Part shown: positions 20,584 through 29,770 of the stretch, piece by piece | Layout: each line of letters opens with the position of its first letter | Position numbering within the stretch: the first letter of the stretch is position 1 | From: an uncultured bacterium | GTDB lineage: Bacteria > Babelota > Babeliae > Babelales > Vermiphilaceae | Length of the DNA: 64,000 bases | Assembly: GCA_963701085.1 (NCBI GenBank) | Contig: OY969561.1 | Span: forward strand, 288,001 to 352,000 | Direction: 5' to 3' | Translations under genes and position numbers: made by a program | The notes under the pieces: generated by a model | Database searches by the model: none | Told to the model about the DNA's origin: nothing | The model's input: the letters and a program-made list of their open reading frames with translations, nothing else

Positions 20584-20707
20584 GCGCTCGTTTAACCCCA
20601 TCTTCATTCTTTCGATGGGGACCCCGATTGGAACGAAGTGGAAATTGGGGAATAAAGGATATCTTCGAGCGCTCTAAGATACCCTTCAACAAGTTCAGGG
20701 CGAGCGC
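20584..20707. repeat. Composite family A element (inverse of 17906-18029)
   Basis: Near-perfect reverse complement of 17906-18029, between convergent genes. Confidence 0.92.
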
Positions 20708-20736
20708 GAGAAAAGAATATCAGCTTTGTGATTCTT

Positions 20737-21465
20737 TTATAACTTTAGCCTATTATAAATCCAATCTGGTGCGAGATATAATCCCCATGCAACAAGGCGC
20801 CAGATTGGTGAAACGTACACAATTTTCTTTTTGTGTACAATGCCATTAAAAATATAGTGCGCTGCTTTGTGCGCAGAAATCATCCAAAATGGTTTTGCAT
20901 AGGTGTGTGCCATGACGGTATCAACAAATCCCGGCTTAATATCAGTAACATCAATGCGCAGGTTTTCATGAGCAATTTTTTTCCGCAATCCTTGTAAATA
21001 ATTAGAAATAAAAGCTTTAGATGCGTTATATGCTGGCGCGGTATCATTGCCACGAATGCCAGCGATGGATGAAATTACAACTAAGTGGCCATGATGTTGT
21101 GCAATAAAATGATGCATGCTGGTTGTTGCCATGGCACAAAATCCTGTCACGTTAACATCAATAGTTTGCTTATCGAGTGCAAATAATAAGTTGGGGTTTT
21201 GCGGGCCAATGCCCGCGCATATCACCACAATGTCAACGCCATTCATTTCATTAATAAGCTGAATAAGTTTATCCCGTGCATCCTCAGTGCGCACATCAAT
21301 AATTTGGCGATATGTTGGTGAAGGAATTTCCTGCTGCAGTGATATAAGTAGATCTTCTTGGGGGGCTGCAATGCCAACAATGTAGCCATGAGTAGCCATA
21401 ACTTTTGCAAGTTCGCGCCCCATGCCAGAGGAAGCACCGATGATTATTACCTTGTTTTTATTCAT
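20737..21465 (-). CDS. Short-chain dehydrogenase/reductase
   Basis: GASSGMG and YNASK motifs; PGFVDT. Confidence 0.92.
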   Translation of the reverse strand: MNKNKVIIIGASSGMGRELAKVMATHGYIVGIAAPQEDLLISLQQEIPSPTYRQIIDVRTEDARDKLIQLINEMNGVDIVVICAGIGPQNPNLLFALDKQTIDVNVTGFCAMATTSMHHFIAQHHGHLVVISSIAGIRGNDTAPAYNASKAFISNYLQGLRKKIAHENLRIDVTDIKPGFVDTVMAHTYAKPFWMISAHKAAHYIFNGIVHKKKIVYVSPIWRLVAWGLYLAPDWIYNRLKL

Positions 21466-21477
21466 TGCATATTTTTT

Positions 21478-22119
21478 TTATAACTTCGCTAACTTTTCCA
21501 AATTTTTATTAGGGCCTGCAAAAATGAGTTTATCCAATTCTTTAATAACATAATCAGGGCCAATGGAGATAATTTTTTCTTCCTCTTTTTTCCCAATACA
21601 ATGCACTTCATATTCTCCAAAAAGATTCAGTTCGCCGATAGTTTTTCCAATAAATTCTTCTGGTGCAACAATATTGGTGACGGAGAAGTTTTTGGTAAGA
21701 CGGGTGACATCAACAAATGGTGAACTTAAGTTATCAGCGAGGCGGATGCCAATTTCTTTTTCTGGCAAAATAACGCGATCAGCACCAACCAGTGTTAATA
21801 TTTCTTTATTCAGATCATCAATTGCACGCGTGATAACATACGGAGTTTTGAGATGTTTTTTCAGCAGTGCGGTAATGAGAATTGATTCAGTGCTATCTTC
21901 CCCCATGGCAACAATAACGGTATCAATTTCATCAACGCCAACGCTACGCAGGGAAGCTTCATCAGTTACATTCATAACAATCGCATGAGCAACAGAATCA
22001 CGAATTGAAGCTACGATTGATTCGTTGCTATCAATTGCCAATACTTCCATTCCATTTTCTGATAATACGGTAGCTACTTGATAGCCAAATCTTCCAAGTC
22101 CAATGACACAAAACTTCAT
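21478..22119 (-). CDS. trkA: Trk/Ktr potassium uptake NAD-binding subunit
   Basis: VIGLGRFG Rossmann motif; RCK_C domain. Confidence 0.9.
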   Translation of the reverse strand: MKFCVIGLGRFGYQVATVLSENGMEVLAIDSNESIVASIRDSVAHAIVMNVTDEASLRSVGVDEIDTVIVAMGEDSTESILITALLKKHLKTPYVITRAIDDLNKEILTLVGADRVILPEKEIGIRLADNLSSPFVDVTRLTKNFSVTNIVAPEEFIGKTIGELNLFGEYEVHCIGKKEEEKIISIGPDYVIKELDKLIFAGPNKNLEKLAKL

Positions 22120-22137
22120 CTGTTTCCTTTATAATTG

Positions 22138-23493
22138 TTATCCAAGCATCACACGTTCTTCGGGGTAGGAAAATTCAATAGTATCTTTTCTTTTTCTTAA
22201 TTTAAGACCTAGGATAAATGTTAATGACCCGATGCGGCCGATAAACATGGTTGCCATAATAAATAGTTTGCCAAAATCTGACAAATTCTGTGTTCCTTTG
22301 ATTGAAAAACCTACGTTGCTGAATGCTGATACTGTTTCAAAAAAGACATCCGTGAATGACCAGTTTGTTTCTGTTAACAATAAGCAAAAAGTGGTGAATA
22401 AAATCCAACCAAGGCTTAATGATATAATGGCGATTACTTTATATATTTGATCCATTGGTATTTCACGCTCAAAGGTATCTACCGATGATCGACCGTTAAT
22501 TGCTGCTCTGATAGTGCTCAAAAAGAGTATGAATGAGGTAATTTTGATACCACTTCCCGTTGATCCTGGTGATGAACCAATAAGACCAACAAGTAAGATA
22601 AAAAATATGGTTGCGGCATGAAAATCAGGTAAATTACCAAGAATAAAACCACAACTTTTAAATGATACTGCATGAAAAATGGCATTAGCACATTTGAGTG
22701 GTATTGGCAGATTGAGTAAGGTGTTGTTGTTTTCTAGTGCTAAAAAAAGAACTGCTGTGATCAGTAACAATGTTCCCGTTCCGTATAAAATAATTTTACT
22801 GTGTAATGAAAAACGGTGTGGTTTTTTGGAAAAAAAATAAGCACGGCCACGCAGCATAATCTCATGCCAGGTGATAAATCCTAGTCCGCCAAAAAAAGTT
22901 AAAAAACTTGTTGTTGCAAGAAAAAGATAATTGGTGCTGTAACGTTCTAGATTTTGTTCCGTTAAGAAGTGGAAAAATGATACACCCGCGTTACAGAATG
23001 CTGATATTGAGTGGAAGAATGAATAGAAGATGGCGCTGCCTAGTGCGTATTCTGTTTTAAATATTGAATAAAAAGTTAATGCACCAATAATTTCCAACGT
23101 GAATGTTGATGCAAGGGTAAAGATTAATATTTTTTTTATATTTTGCCATGAATCAAGTTCAAAAAGTTGACCCGCCATAAATCGAGTTCCCAACCCCAGA
23201 TCGATAAAGAGTGAAACAATAAAAAGGCTCATGGTTGCAAGTCCTAGAGCCCCTATCTGAATCAATCCAAGAATGACTGCTTTGCCAAAAAAGGTAAAAT
23301 TGCTTAATGGTATGGTGAACAGTCCCGTAACACAGGTGGCTGATGTTGCGGTGAAAAAAAGATCAATAAACGCCATTGGTTTAATGTGCGCTATTGGCAA
23401 TGCAAGAAGGAGTGTCCCGCACATAATGAGGATGAAAAATGAAAACAAAACTATATGGGCGGGTGATATATCAATTACTTTATTCTTACTCAT
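22138..23493 (-). CDS. trkH: Trk/Ktr potassium uptake membrane subunit
   Basis: TSATCVTGL, SAFCNAG, GSTGSGIK, FETVSAFSNVG and MFIGRIG motifs. Confidence 0.92.
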   Translation of the reverse strand: MSKNKVIDISPAHIVLFSFFILIMCGTLLLALPIAHIKPMAFIDLFFTATSATCVTGLFTIPLSNFTFFGKAVILGLIQIGALGLATMSLFIVSLFIDLGLGTRFMAGQLFELDSWQNIKKILIFTLASTFTLEIIGALTFYSIFKTEYALGSAIFYSFFHSISAFCNAGVSFFHFLTEQNLERYSTNYLFLATTSFLTFFGGLGFITWHEIMLRGRAYFFSKKPHRFSLHSKIILYGTGTLLLITAVLFLALENNNTLLNLPIPLKCANAIFHAVSFKSCGFILGNLPDFHAATIFFILLVGLIGSSPGSTGSGIKITSFILFLSTIRAAINGRSSVDTFEREIPMDQIYKVIAIISLSLGWILFTTFCLLLTETNWSFTDVFFETVSAFSNVGFSIKGTQNLSDFGKLFIMATMFIGRIGSLTFILGLKLRKRKDTIEFSYPEERVMLG

Positions 23494-23548
23494 ATAAACT
23501 TATATTACCTATATTTAGTCATTATCTTTGCCCGTCTGACTGCTTTTT

Positions 23549-23624
23549 TGCGCTCGTCCTGAGCCTGTCGAAGGATATCTTCGAGCGCTCTAGGAAACCC
23601 TTCAACAAGTTCAGGGCGAGCGCA
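23549..23624. repeat. Family A short doublet with central gagcgctc palindrome
   Basis: gcgctcgtcctgagcctgtcgaagga-tatcttcgagcgctctaggaaa-cccttcaacaagttcagggcgagcgc. Confidence 0.92.
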
Positions 23625-23654
23625 GGAGAAGATGTTAGACAGAGTGGGCATAAC

Positions 23655-24977
23655 TTAACGTCTTATGTTTAACATGGTGGTAAGATATAATTCAATCATT
23701 TCAATATTAATACGTTCTTGTTTGAGTGTATCGCGGTCGCGAACGGTAACACAATTATCATTGAGGCTGTCAAAATCATAGGTAAAGCAAACGGGCGTAC
23801 CAATTTCATCATGACGGCGATAACGTTTACCAATTGATCCTGATTCATCAAATTCCACGCTGAATCCTGCGTTGGCAATATTGCGATATATGGGGCGCAT
23901 GTTTTCACTCAATTTTTTGGTGAGTGGTAAAAATGCTGCTTTTATTGGTGCAATAGAAGGATGTAATTTAAGTACTGTACGTTCTTCTCCGCCGAGAGTA
24001 TCAATGTGGTATGCATCAAAAAGTGTTGTCAAGAATAGGCGATCAGTTCCCACTGAACATTCAACAACGTTTGGCATAAATGATGTTTGTTGCTCTTCAT
24101 CAAATACTGATAAGTCTTTACCAGAAAATGTGCTGTGTTGTGTTAAATCAAAATCACCACGGTGCGCGATACCTTCAAGTTCTTTCCAGCCAAAGGGGTA
24201 TTCATATTCAACATCACTTGTTTGTGATGAGTAGTGGGAAAGTTCATCTTTTTCATGCGCACGCAGACGGATGCGATCCGTGTTAATACCAATTGCTTTG
24301 TAGAATGCAAGACGCACTTTACACCAATAATCAAAATATTCGTATGAACTTTCTGCGGTGCAGAACCATTCAATTTCCATTTGCTCAAATTCACGCATGC
24401 GGAAAAGGAACTGTTTTGGGGTAATTTCATTACGGAAAGATTTACCAATTTGTGCAATACCAAACGGAATTTTTACGCGGTTTGATGACATGACATTTTT
24501 AAAATTGATAAAAATTGATTGAGCTGTTTCTGGGCGCAGGTATGCAACAGATCCATGGCCCGCGAGTGCGCCAAGATCTGTTTTAAACATCATGTTAAAT
24601 TGTCTAACTTGCGTCCATGCTGTTTTTCCGCAATGGGGGCATGGACCAGTAATATCAACATCAGGATCATCAGCGCGGTAGCGTTTTTTGCAGTTCATGC
24701 AATCAATCATTGGGTCATTAAAGTTGTCAGCATGCCCTGATGCCTTCCAGATAGCTTCTGGTCCGAGTAATGAACCTTCCATAAATAAAACTGTTGTATC
24801 AGGAGATGTGATTGATTTTTTCCACATTGCGCGGAGATTATCTTTTATGAGTGCGCCGAGCGGGCCAAAATCGTAAATACCATTTAAGCCGCCATAAATT
24901 TCTGCTGATTGGAATACAAAACCACGTCTTTTACAGAGTGCAACGATATCGTCAAGAGTTGGTCTTTGGGATGACAT
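23655..24977 (-). CDS. glyQS: Glycine-tRNA ligase, homodimeric (alpha2) type
   Basis: CKRRGF..IYGG, LRPETAQ, FRNEITP, RMREFEQME and IGKRYRRHDEIGTP motifs. Confidence 0.96.
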   Translation of the reverse strand: MSSQRPTLDDIVALCKRRGFVFQSAEIYGGLNGIYDFGPLGALIKDNLRAMWKKSITSPDTTVLFMEGSLLGPEAIWKASGHADNFNDPMIDCMNCKKRYRADDPDVDITGPCPHCGKTAWTQVRQFNMMFKTDLGALAGHGSVAYLRPETAQSIFINFKNVMSSNRVKIPFGIAQIGKSFRNEITPKQFLFRMREFEQMEIEWFCTAESSYEYFDYWCKVRLAFYKAIGINTDRIRLRAHEKDELSHYSSQTSDVEYEYPFGWKELEGIAHRGDFDLTQHSTFSGKDLSVFDEEQQTSFMPNVVECSVGTDRLFLTTLFDAYHIDTLGGEERTVLKLHPSIAPIKAAFLPLTKKLSENMRPIYRNIANAGFSVEFDESGSIGKRYRRHDEIGTPVCFTYDFDSLNDNCVTVRDRDTLKQERINIEMIELYLTTMLNIRR

Positions 24978-25018
24978 ACATAAGTCCTTAATTAATTTTT
25001 AATTCACCGTTTGTTTTT

Positions 25019-25059
25019 TGCGCTCGTCCTGAACTTGTTGAAGGATATCTTCGAGCGCA
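25019..25059. repeat. Truncated family A element
   Basis: tgcgctcgtcctgaacttgttgaaggatatcttcgagcgca. Confidence 0.85.
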
Positions 25060-25343
25060 TTTTAATTCTTATTGATTGTACTATGATAGCTGTTTAACGT
25101 AATTTTGACAACTGACGTTGGTTGTAGGGCGTGCTTTTTTTGTTATTTTCATTTTTCCCAATTTTCGATAATAGCAGGTTTCTTATTTGCACCAACGCTA
25201 ATAACAATTCTCACTATTTTCATTTTTTGATCTTTTTGAAAATAATAAATATCATTATTAGCGAATTTTGACTTTTTCGAAAATAAGCAGCATCCTCAAT
25301 TATGGAGAAAAATAGATTACAATTACTAAAAAAGAGGTGCTTT

Positions 25344-26510
25344 ATGGATATTAAAAATTCGCCAGCAGGCAGGGTTATAAAGGCGGCTAGTGGTAATTAT
25401 TCTGCATTTATTCCTAATAATTTGCCGCCACACATTGAGTGGGATAATGCATTAGTGAGTAGTTTATCACGTGCTGATTATATTGTGGGTAAGCTATCGC
25501 AAGAAGGGGCAAAGTTGCCAAATCCACATCTTTTGATGCGCCCGTTTATAGCACGAGAAGCGGTTCTTTCCAGCAAAATAGAAGGGACCCAGACTACTTT
25601 AGGGGAAATTTTAGCTCAGGAGGCTGGAGCGCAGATAGACCGTAGTCCTGCTGATGCACAAGAGGTGAATAATTATATTGTAGCTCTTGATTATGGGTTA
25701 GAGCGTCTTAAAGAGTTACCATTATCTTTGCGGTTGATTAAAGAAATGCATGCAAAATTAATGCAGGGTGTGAGGGGTGCTCATGCAACTCCTGGGGAAT
25801 TTCGCAGATCGCAAAATTGGATAGGCAGTGCTGGATGTACATTATATAATGCAAAATATGTACCTCCAACTATAGAAGAATTAATGAATGTTTTGGGAGC
25901 ATTTGAAGATTTTTTACATGATAGAACTTTGCCGCCACTTATTCATATTGCTCTGTGTCATTATCAGTTTGAGGCTATACATCCATTTTTAGATGGTAAT
26001 GGACGTGTTGGGAGATTGCTGATCGTCATGCTTTTAATTGAACGAAAACTATTAGCATCACCATGTTTGTATATCAGTGCCTTTTTTGAAGCAACACGTG
26101 ATGAATATTATAGACAGCTTTATAATGTGAGCAGCAAGGGAACGTGGCATGAATGGTTGTCTTATTTTTTGAATGGTGTCGCGGTGCAGGGGCTTGATGT
26201 GCTTTCTCGCACTGAGCGTATTAATGCATTGATTGCTCATTGGCAAAGTCAGGTTGATGGAGGGACTGTACGTGCTATTGTAACGCATTTGGCGATTAAT
26301 CCTTATATAACAACCAAAAAAATAGCTGAGCGGCTTGAAATTGCCTTCACAACGGTGCAAAGGGCTATTGAAAAACTTGAAGAAATGGGCATCATTGAAC
26401 AAACGTCTGAGGGAAAAAGGGATCGTGTGTATTGTGCTACGGCTATCTTGAATATTTTAGAAGAACCAACTAAAATTTCTGAGAATCTTGAAGGGATATT
26501 GCAACCATAA
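25344..26510 (+). CDS. Fic family protein (DUF4172-like N-terminus, Fic domain, C-terminal wHTH)
   Basis: EAVLSSKIEG; canonical HPFLDGNGRVGR; start 25344 after GAGG. Confidence 0.92.
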   Translation: MDIKNSPAGRVIKAASGNYSAFIPNNLPPHIEWDNALVSSLSRADYIVGKLSQEGAKLPNPHLLMRPFIAREAVLSSKIEGTQTTLGEILAQEAGAQIDRSPADAQEVNNYIVALDYGLERLKELPLSLRLIKEMHAKLMQGVRGAHATPGEFRRSQNWIGSAGCTLYNAKYVPPTIEELMNVLGAFEDFLHDRTLPPLIHIALCHYQFEAIHPFLDGNGRVGRLLIVMLLIERKLLASPCLYISAFFEATRDEYYRQLYNVSSKGTWHEWLSYFLNGVAVQGLDVLSRTERINALIAHWQSQVDGGTVRAIVTHLAINPYITTKKIAERLEIAFTTVQRAIEKLEEMGIIEQTSEGKRDRVYCATAILNILEEPTKISENLEGILQP

Positions 26511-26577
26511 AACAACGGCATGATTTTTAATTAAACGTGCAAATAAAGCATGAAAATCTTAAGGGAGGTTGATTGAG

Positions 26578-27138
26578 ATGAATTATATGAATATGCGGTA
26601 TGTCGTAAGTATGCTTGTTATGTTGCCATTGGCGATGAATGGCATGATGTGTCACAAATTAGCACCGGTTAAGAAAAAAGTTGTTTTTCAACAGCAATTG
26701 ACGCGGCGTTCATTTTTCCACAAGAATAGCTATTTTGATACGTTAATAGATGATCCACAATGGAGTATGATTGATGCTGATGAAGCGATTAGGAAAGAAG
26801 TAGCAACCGCTACATTATCTGGTAACGTTTTATGTCGTAACAACATAGCTGAAGTTCAAAACAAGATTGTTGATAAAGCAATTAAGTATAAGTCTATTAA
26901 TACAGTACTGCAGTATAGATTTGATAGAATAGATACACATAATAATGATTTTAATAAATACAGCTCCGATACAAAATATGCGTATCTTTTGAGGCAATTG
27001 CATCGACATGTAGAAGGAAAAGTTTGTAGTTGTAGGATGCATGAGAAAAGTAATGCGTGGTATAGTGCTTATGAAAATGATTTGGACAATATATCTTATG
27101 AATTGGATGCATTTGATGAAAGTTTAGAACGAGAGTAA
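26578..27138 (+). CDS. Putative secreted hypothetical protein
   Basis: GGAGG RBS; signal peptide followed by a basic, acid-free segment; start approximate. Confidence 0.65.
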   Translation: MNYMNMRYVVSMLVMLPLAMNGMMCHKLAPVKKKVVFQQQLTRRSFFHKNSYFDTLIDDPQWSMIDADEAIRKEVATATLSGNVLCRNNIAEVQNKIVDKAIKYKSINTVLQYRFDRIDTHNNDFNKYSSDTKYAYLLRQLHRHVEGKVCSCRMHEKSNAWYSAYENDLDNISYELDAFDESLERE

Positions 27139-27156
27139 TTTTTTTGGATATACATA

Positions 27157-27202
27157 AGTTGCGGCGTGTTGTGTTGAATAAGAGCATGCCGCAGCTTTTT
27201 TT
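27157..27202 (+). terminator. Rho-independent terminator
   Basis: aagttgcggcgtg...catgccgcagctt followed by a T-tract. Confidence 0.65.
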
Positions 27203-27273
27203 GTACCCTCATCTATTATGCTGTATACTGACAAACAGTTAAAATAGTTCATCATCAAAAAAGGTCGCTTAGT

Positions 27274-28920
27274 ATGTCAGTTAAAAACAGTGTAATAATC
27301 AGCGTGACGGTGTTTTTGGTTATTTTTTTTAGTAGTTTTGTTGTATATGTCTATAGAAATCAGCTGAGGTTAGAAAATCAGTGGGAGCAGTCGCAACAAA
27401 AAACGTTGTTTGCTCCCATAAATCAAACAAATTCTCATGTTGTTGAAAATGTTGTGACTAGCGCACAGATGTGGCGGCCTGTGCAAGACCGTGTGCGAGA
27501 TACAGTTATTCAACTGTTTGCGCAAGTTTCTGCCATAGATTTGTTAGAACCCTATAAAACTCCGCAACAAGGCACAGCCTGTGGTAGCGGTTTTTTTATT
27601 AATGATGAAGGATATCTCATTACCAATGCGCATGTGGTAATTTCTGCAAAAACGGTGTGGGGACAAGTTCCTTCTTTGGGTAAACGTATTATCGATATGG
27701 AAGTGGTTGGCATGAGTCCTGAGCGTGATTTGGCACTATTGCGTGTGACGGAAGAAGGGCGTGAGCTGATTACTAAAGAATTAGGTGGCATTCCGTATTT
27801 ACCTTTGGGAGATTCTGATCTTGTGCGTCGTTCTGATGATGTGCTTGCGCTTGGTTATCCACTTGGTCAGCAATCATTCAAAAGCACGAATGGTATTATT
27901 AGTGGTCATGAGCATCATTTAATTCAGATGAGTGCACCAATCAATCCAGGCAGTTCTGGTGGGCCACTATTGAATATTAAAGGTGAAGTTATTGGCGTCA
28001 ATTCATCAGGAATAACTGAAGCACAAAATGTTGGGTATGCTATTCCTATTAATACACTCAAAACTATTTTAAATGATTTGTATGAAGTAAAAATATTACG
28101 TAAACCATTTTTGGGTGTGAGATTTAATAATAGTACAGAAACATTGACCAAGTTTTTGGGTAATCCTTTGCCGGGTGGTTGTTACGTGATTGAAACGGTT
28201 AAAGGAAGTCCATTGGAAAAAGCGGGTGTGATGAAGGGGGACATGATTTATGAAATTAATGGTCATGCGGTTGATATGTACGGTGATATGAGTGTGCCGT
28301 GGAGTGAAGATAAGATATCTATCATTGATTATCCATTGCGTTTATCAATTGGAGATACGGTGACTATTGTGGTGTTTCGTAAAGGACAAAAGAAGGTGTT
28401 CACCGTAAAATTTGATTTACTTGAACCGCAAGCAATTCGTTCAATATATCCTGGTTATGAATCAATTGATTATGAAATTTTTGGTGGCATGGTTGTGCAA
28501 GAATTGAATGTTAATCTTATTCGTCTCTTGGGAGAGCATGCAGCAGGGTTACGTAAATATGGTGAACTGAAGTATCAATCAGAGCCAGTTCTTATTATTA
28601 CTCACGTGTTTCCTGATACGCAGTTATATAGAGGGCGCAATATGCCACTCGGTGCAACGCTCAATGAAATTAATGGTACCAAAGTAAAAACATTGGAAGA
28701 ATTTAGGCAGGTGCTCAAGAATAGTGCGGGCAAAGAATATTTTACTATTTCAGCGGATGACAATGTAACGCGTGCATCAGAAACTATTTTTATAGTACTT
28801 GATATGCATAAAATTATTGAAGAAGAACCACGCCTTGCACGTGATTATCGTTACCAACTTTCTGAGACGGCAAAAGAGGTGTTGCGATTGGCAAGTGCGG
28901 AGAAAGCGTTGAGTAATTAA
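27274..28920 (+). CDS. HtrA/DegP-like serine protease with PDZ domains and N-terminal membrane anchor
   Basis: GSGF, TNAHVV, DLALL and INPGSSGGP triad motifs. Confidence 0.92.
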   Translation: MSVKNSVIISVTVFLVIFFSSFVVYVYRNQLRLENQWEQSQQKTLFAPINQTNSHVVENVVTSAQMWRPVQDRVRDTVIQLFAQVSAIDLLEPYKTPQQGTACGSGFFINDEGYLITNAHVVISAKTVWGQVPSLGKRIIDMEVVGMSPERDLALLRVTEEGRELITKELGGIPYLPLGDSDLVRRSDDVLALGYPLGQQSFKSTNGIISGHEHHLIQMSAPINPGSSGGPLLNIKGEVIGVNSSGITEAQNVGYAIPINTLKTILNDLYEVKILRKPFLGVRFNNSTETLTKFLGNPLPGGCYVIETVKGSPLEKAGVMKGDMIYEINGHAVDMYGDMSVPWSEDKISIIDYPLRLSIGDTVTIVVFRKGQKKVFTVKFDLLEPQAIRSIYPGYESIDYEIFGGMVVQELNVNLIRLLGEHAAGLRKYGELKYQSEPVLIITHVFPDTQLYRGRNMPLGATLNEINGTKVKTLEEFRQVLKNSAGKEYFTISADDNVTRASETIFIVLDMHKIIEEEPRLARDYRYQLSETAKEVLRLASAEKALSN

Positions 28921-28931
28921 CAAAGGGGTGT

Positions 28932-29720
28932 TTGATGAAAAAGTACATGATACCGCAATTAATACTGGTATTCTTTTTCATAGGTAATGCAAATGCTATG
29001 GAGGTAGTATTGCAGCCTTGTTATCTCGCGCAAATGCCCTGCGATATATTGGATAACATCGTGAGTTTTTTGATGGAAACAGATGAAGAATTTATTGCAC
29101 GAACGCGTGTAAAAAAAGAAATAACAGAAGAGTGTAGGATTTTTTTTAATGATCTTGATATGAAATGTCAACGTTGGTCATTTTGTCCTGATAAAACTAA
29201 GCTTGTAGCTGCGGTGCATCATCCTTATGAGATTCCTGATTATGCCACGCCTTTGTATTATTTAATGATAATCGATCTGCACAAAAATAATGACATAAAA
29301 ATTAAGTATAAAGAACAACTTTTTTACCATCCTGTGAATGGTTATTATAGTGTGAATCATTATGATCGTGTTGCTCTTTCTCCTGGCGGTAGCATGATTG
29401 CCATGTTCCATGCAGAAAGAGAGTGTCGCAATGGTGAAATGCATTGTGAGTATATTTTTCACATAAGAAGAGTTAATGAAGAAAAAGAACGGAAAATTGA
29501 TTTCCCTTATTCATTTTATCCTGAAATAATCGCTTTTAATAAGCAGGGAACGCTTCTTGTTGCGCATGGTCAAGATAAGTCTACTCAAAAAGATGTACAT
29601 CAGATTTTTTCATTAAAAACTGTTGATTCAAATACACCGTACAAAGTAGATTGTTCAAATAAGTCGCAGAATTACTTAAAAGATAAGTTTGTATGCAATA
29701 AATTATGTAGGTCGTTATAG
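28932..29720 (+). CDS. Putative secreted F-box-like plus WD40-like protein
   Basis: Signal ..ANA-ME; LAQMPCDILDNIVSFL; FCPD, ALSPGG and AFNKQG repeats. Confidence 0.65.
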   Translation: MMKKYMIPQLILVFFFIGNANAMEVVLQPCYLAQMPCDILDNIVSFLMETDEEFIARTRVKKEITEECRIFFNDLDMKCQRWSFCPDKTKLVAAVHHPYEIPDYATPLYYLMIIDLHKNNDIKIKYKEQLFYHPVNGYYSVNHYDRVALSPGGSMIAMFHAERECRNGEMHCEYIFHIRRVNEEKERKIDFPYSFYPEIIAFNKQGTLLVAHGQDKSTQKDVHQIFSLKTVDSNTPYKVDCSNKSQNYLKDKFVCNKLCRSL

Positions 29721-29723
29721 ACA

Positions 29724-29751
29724 ACAAGCCCTGATATTATCAGGGCTTGTT
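29724..29751. terminator. Bidirectional terminator hairpin
   Basis: acaagccctgat-att-atcagggcttgt between convergent genes. Confidence 0.75.
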
Positions 29752-29770
29752 TGTTGTAGGAAGAGCTTTG

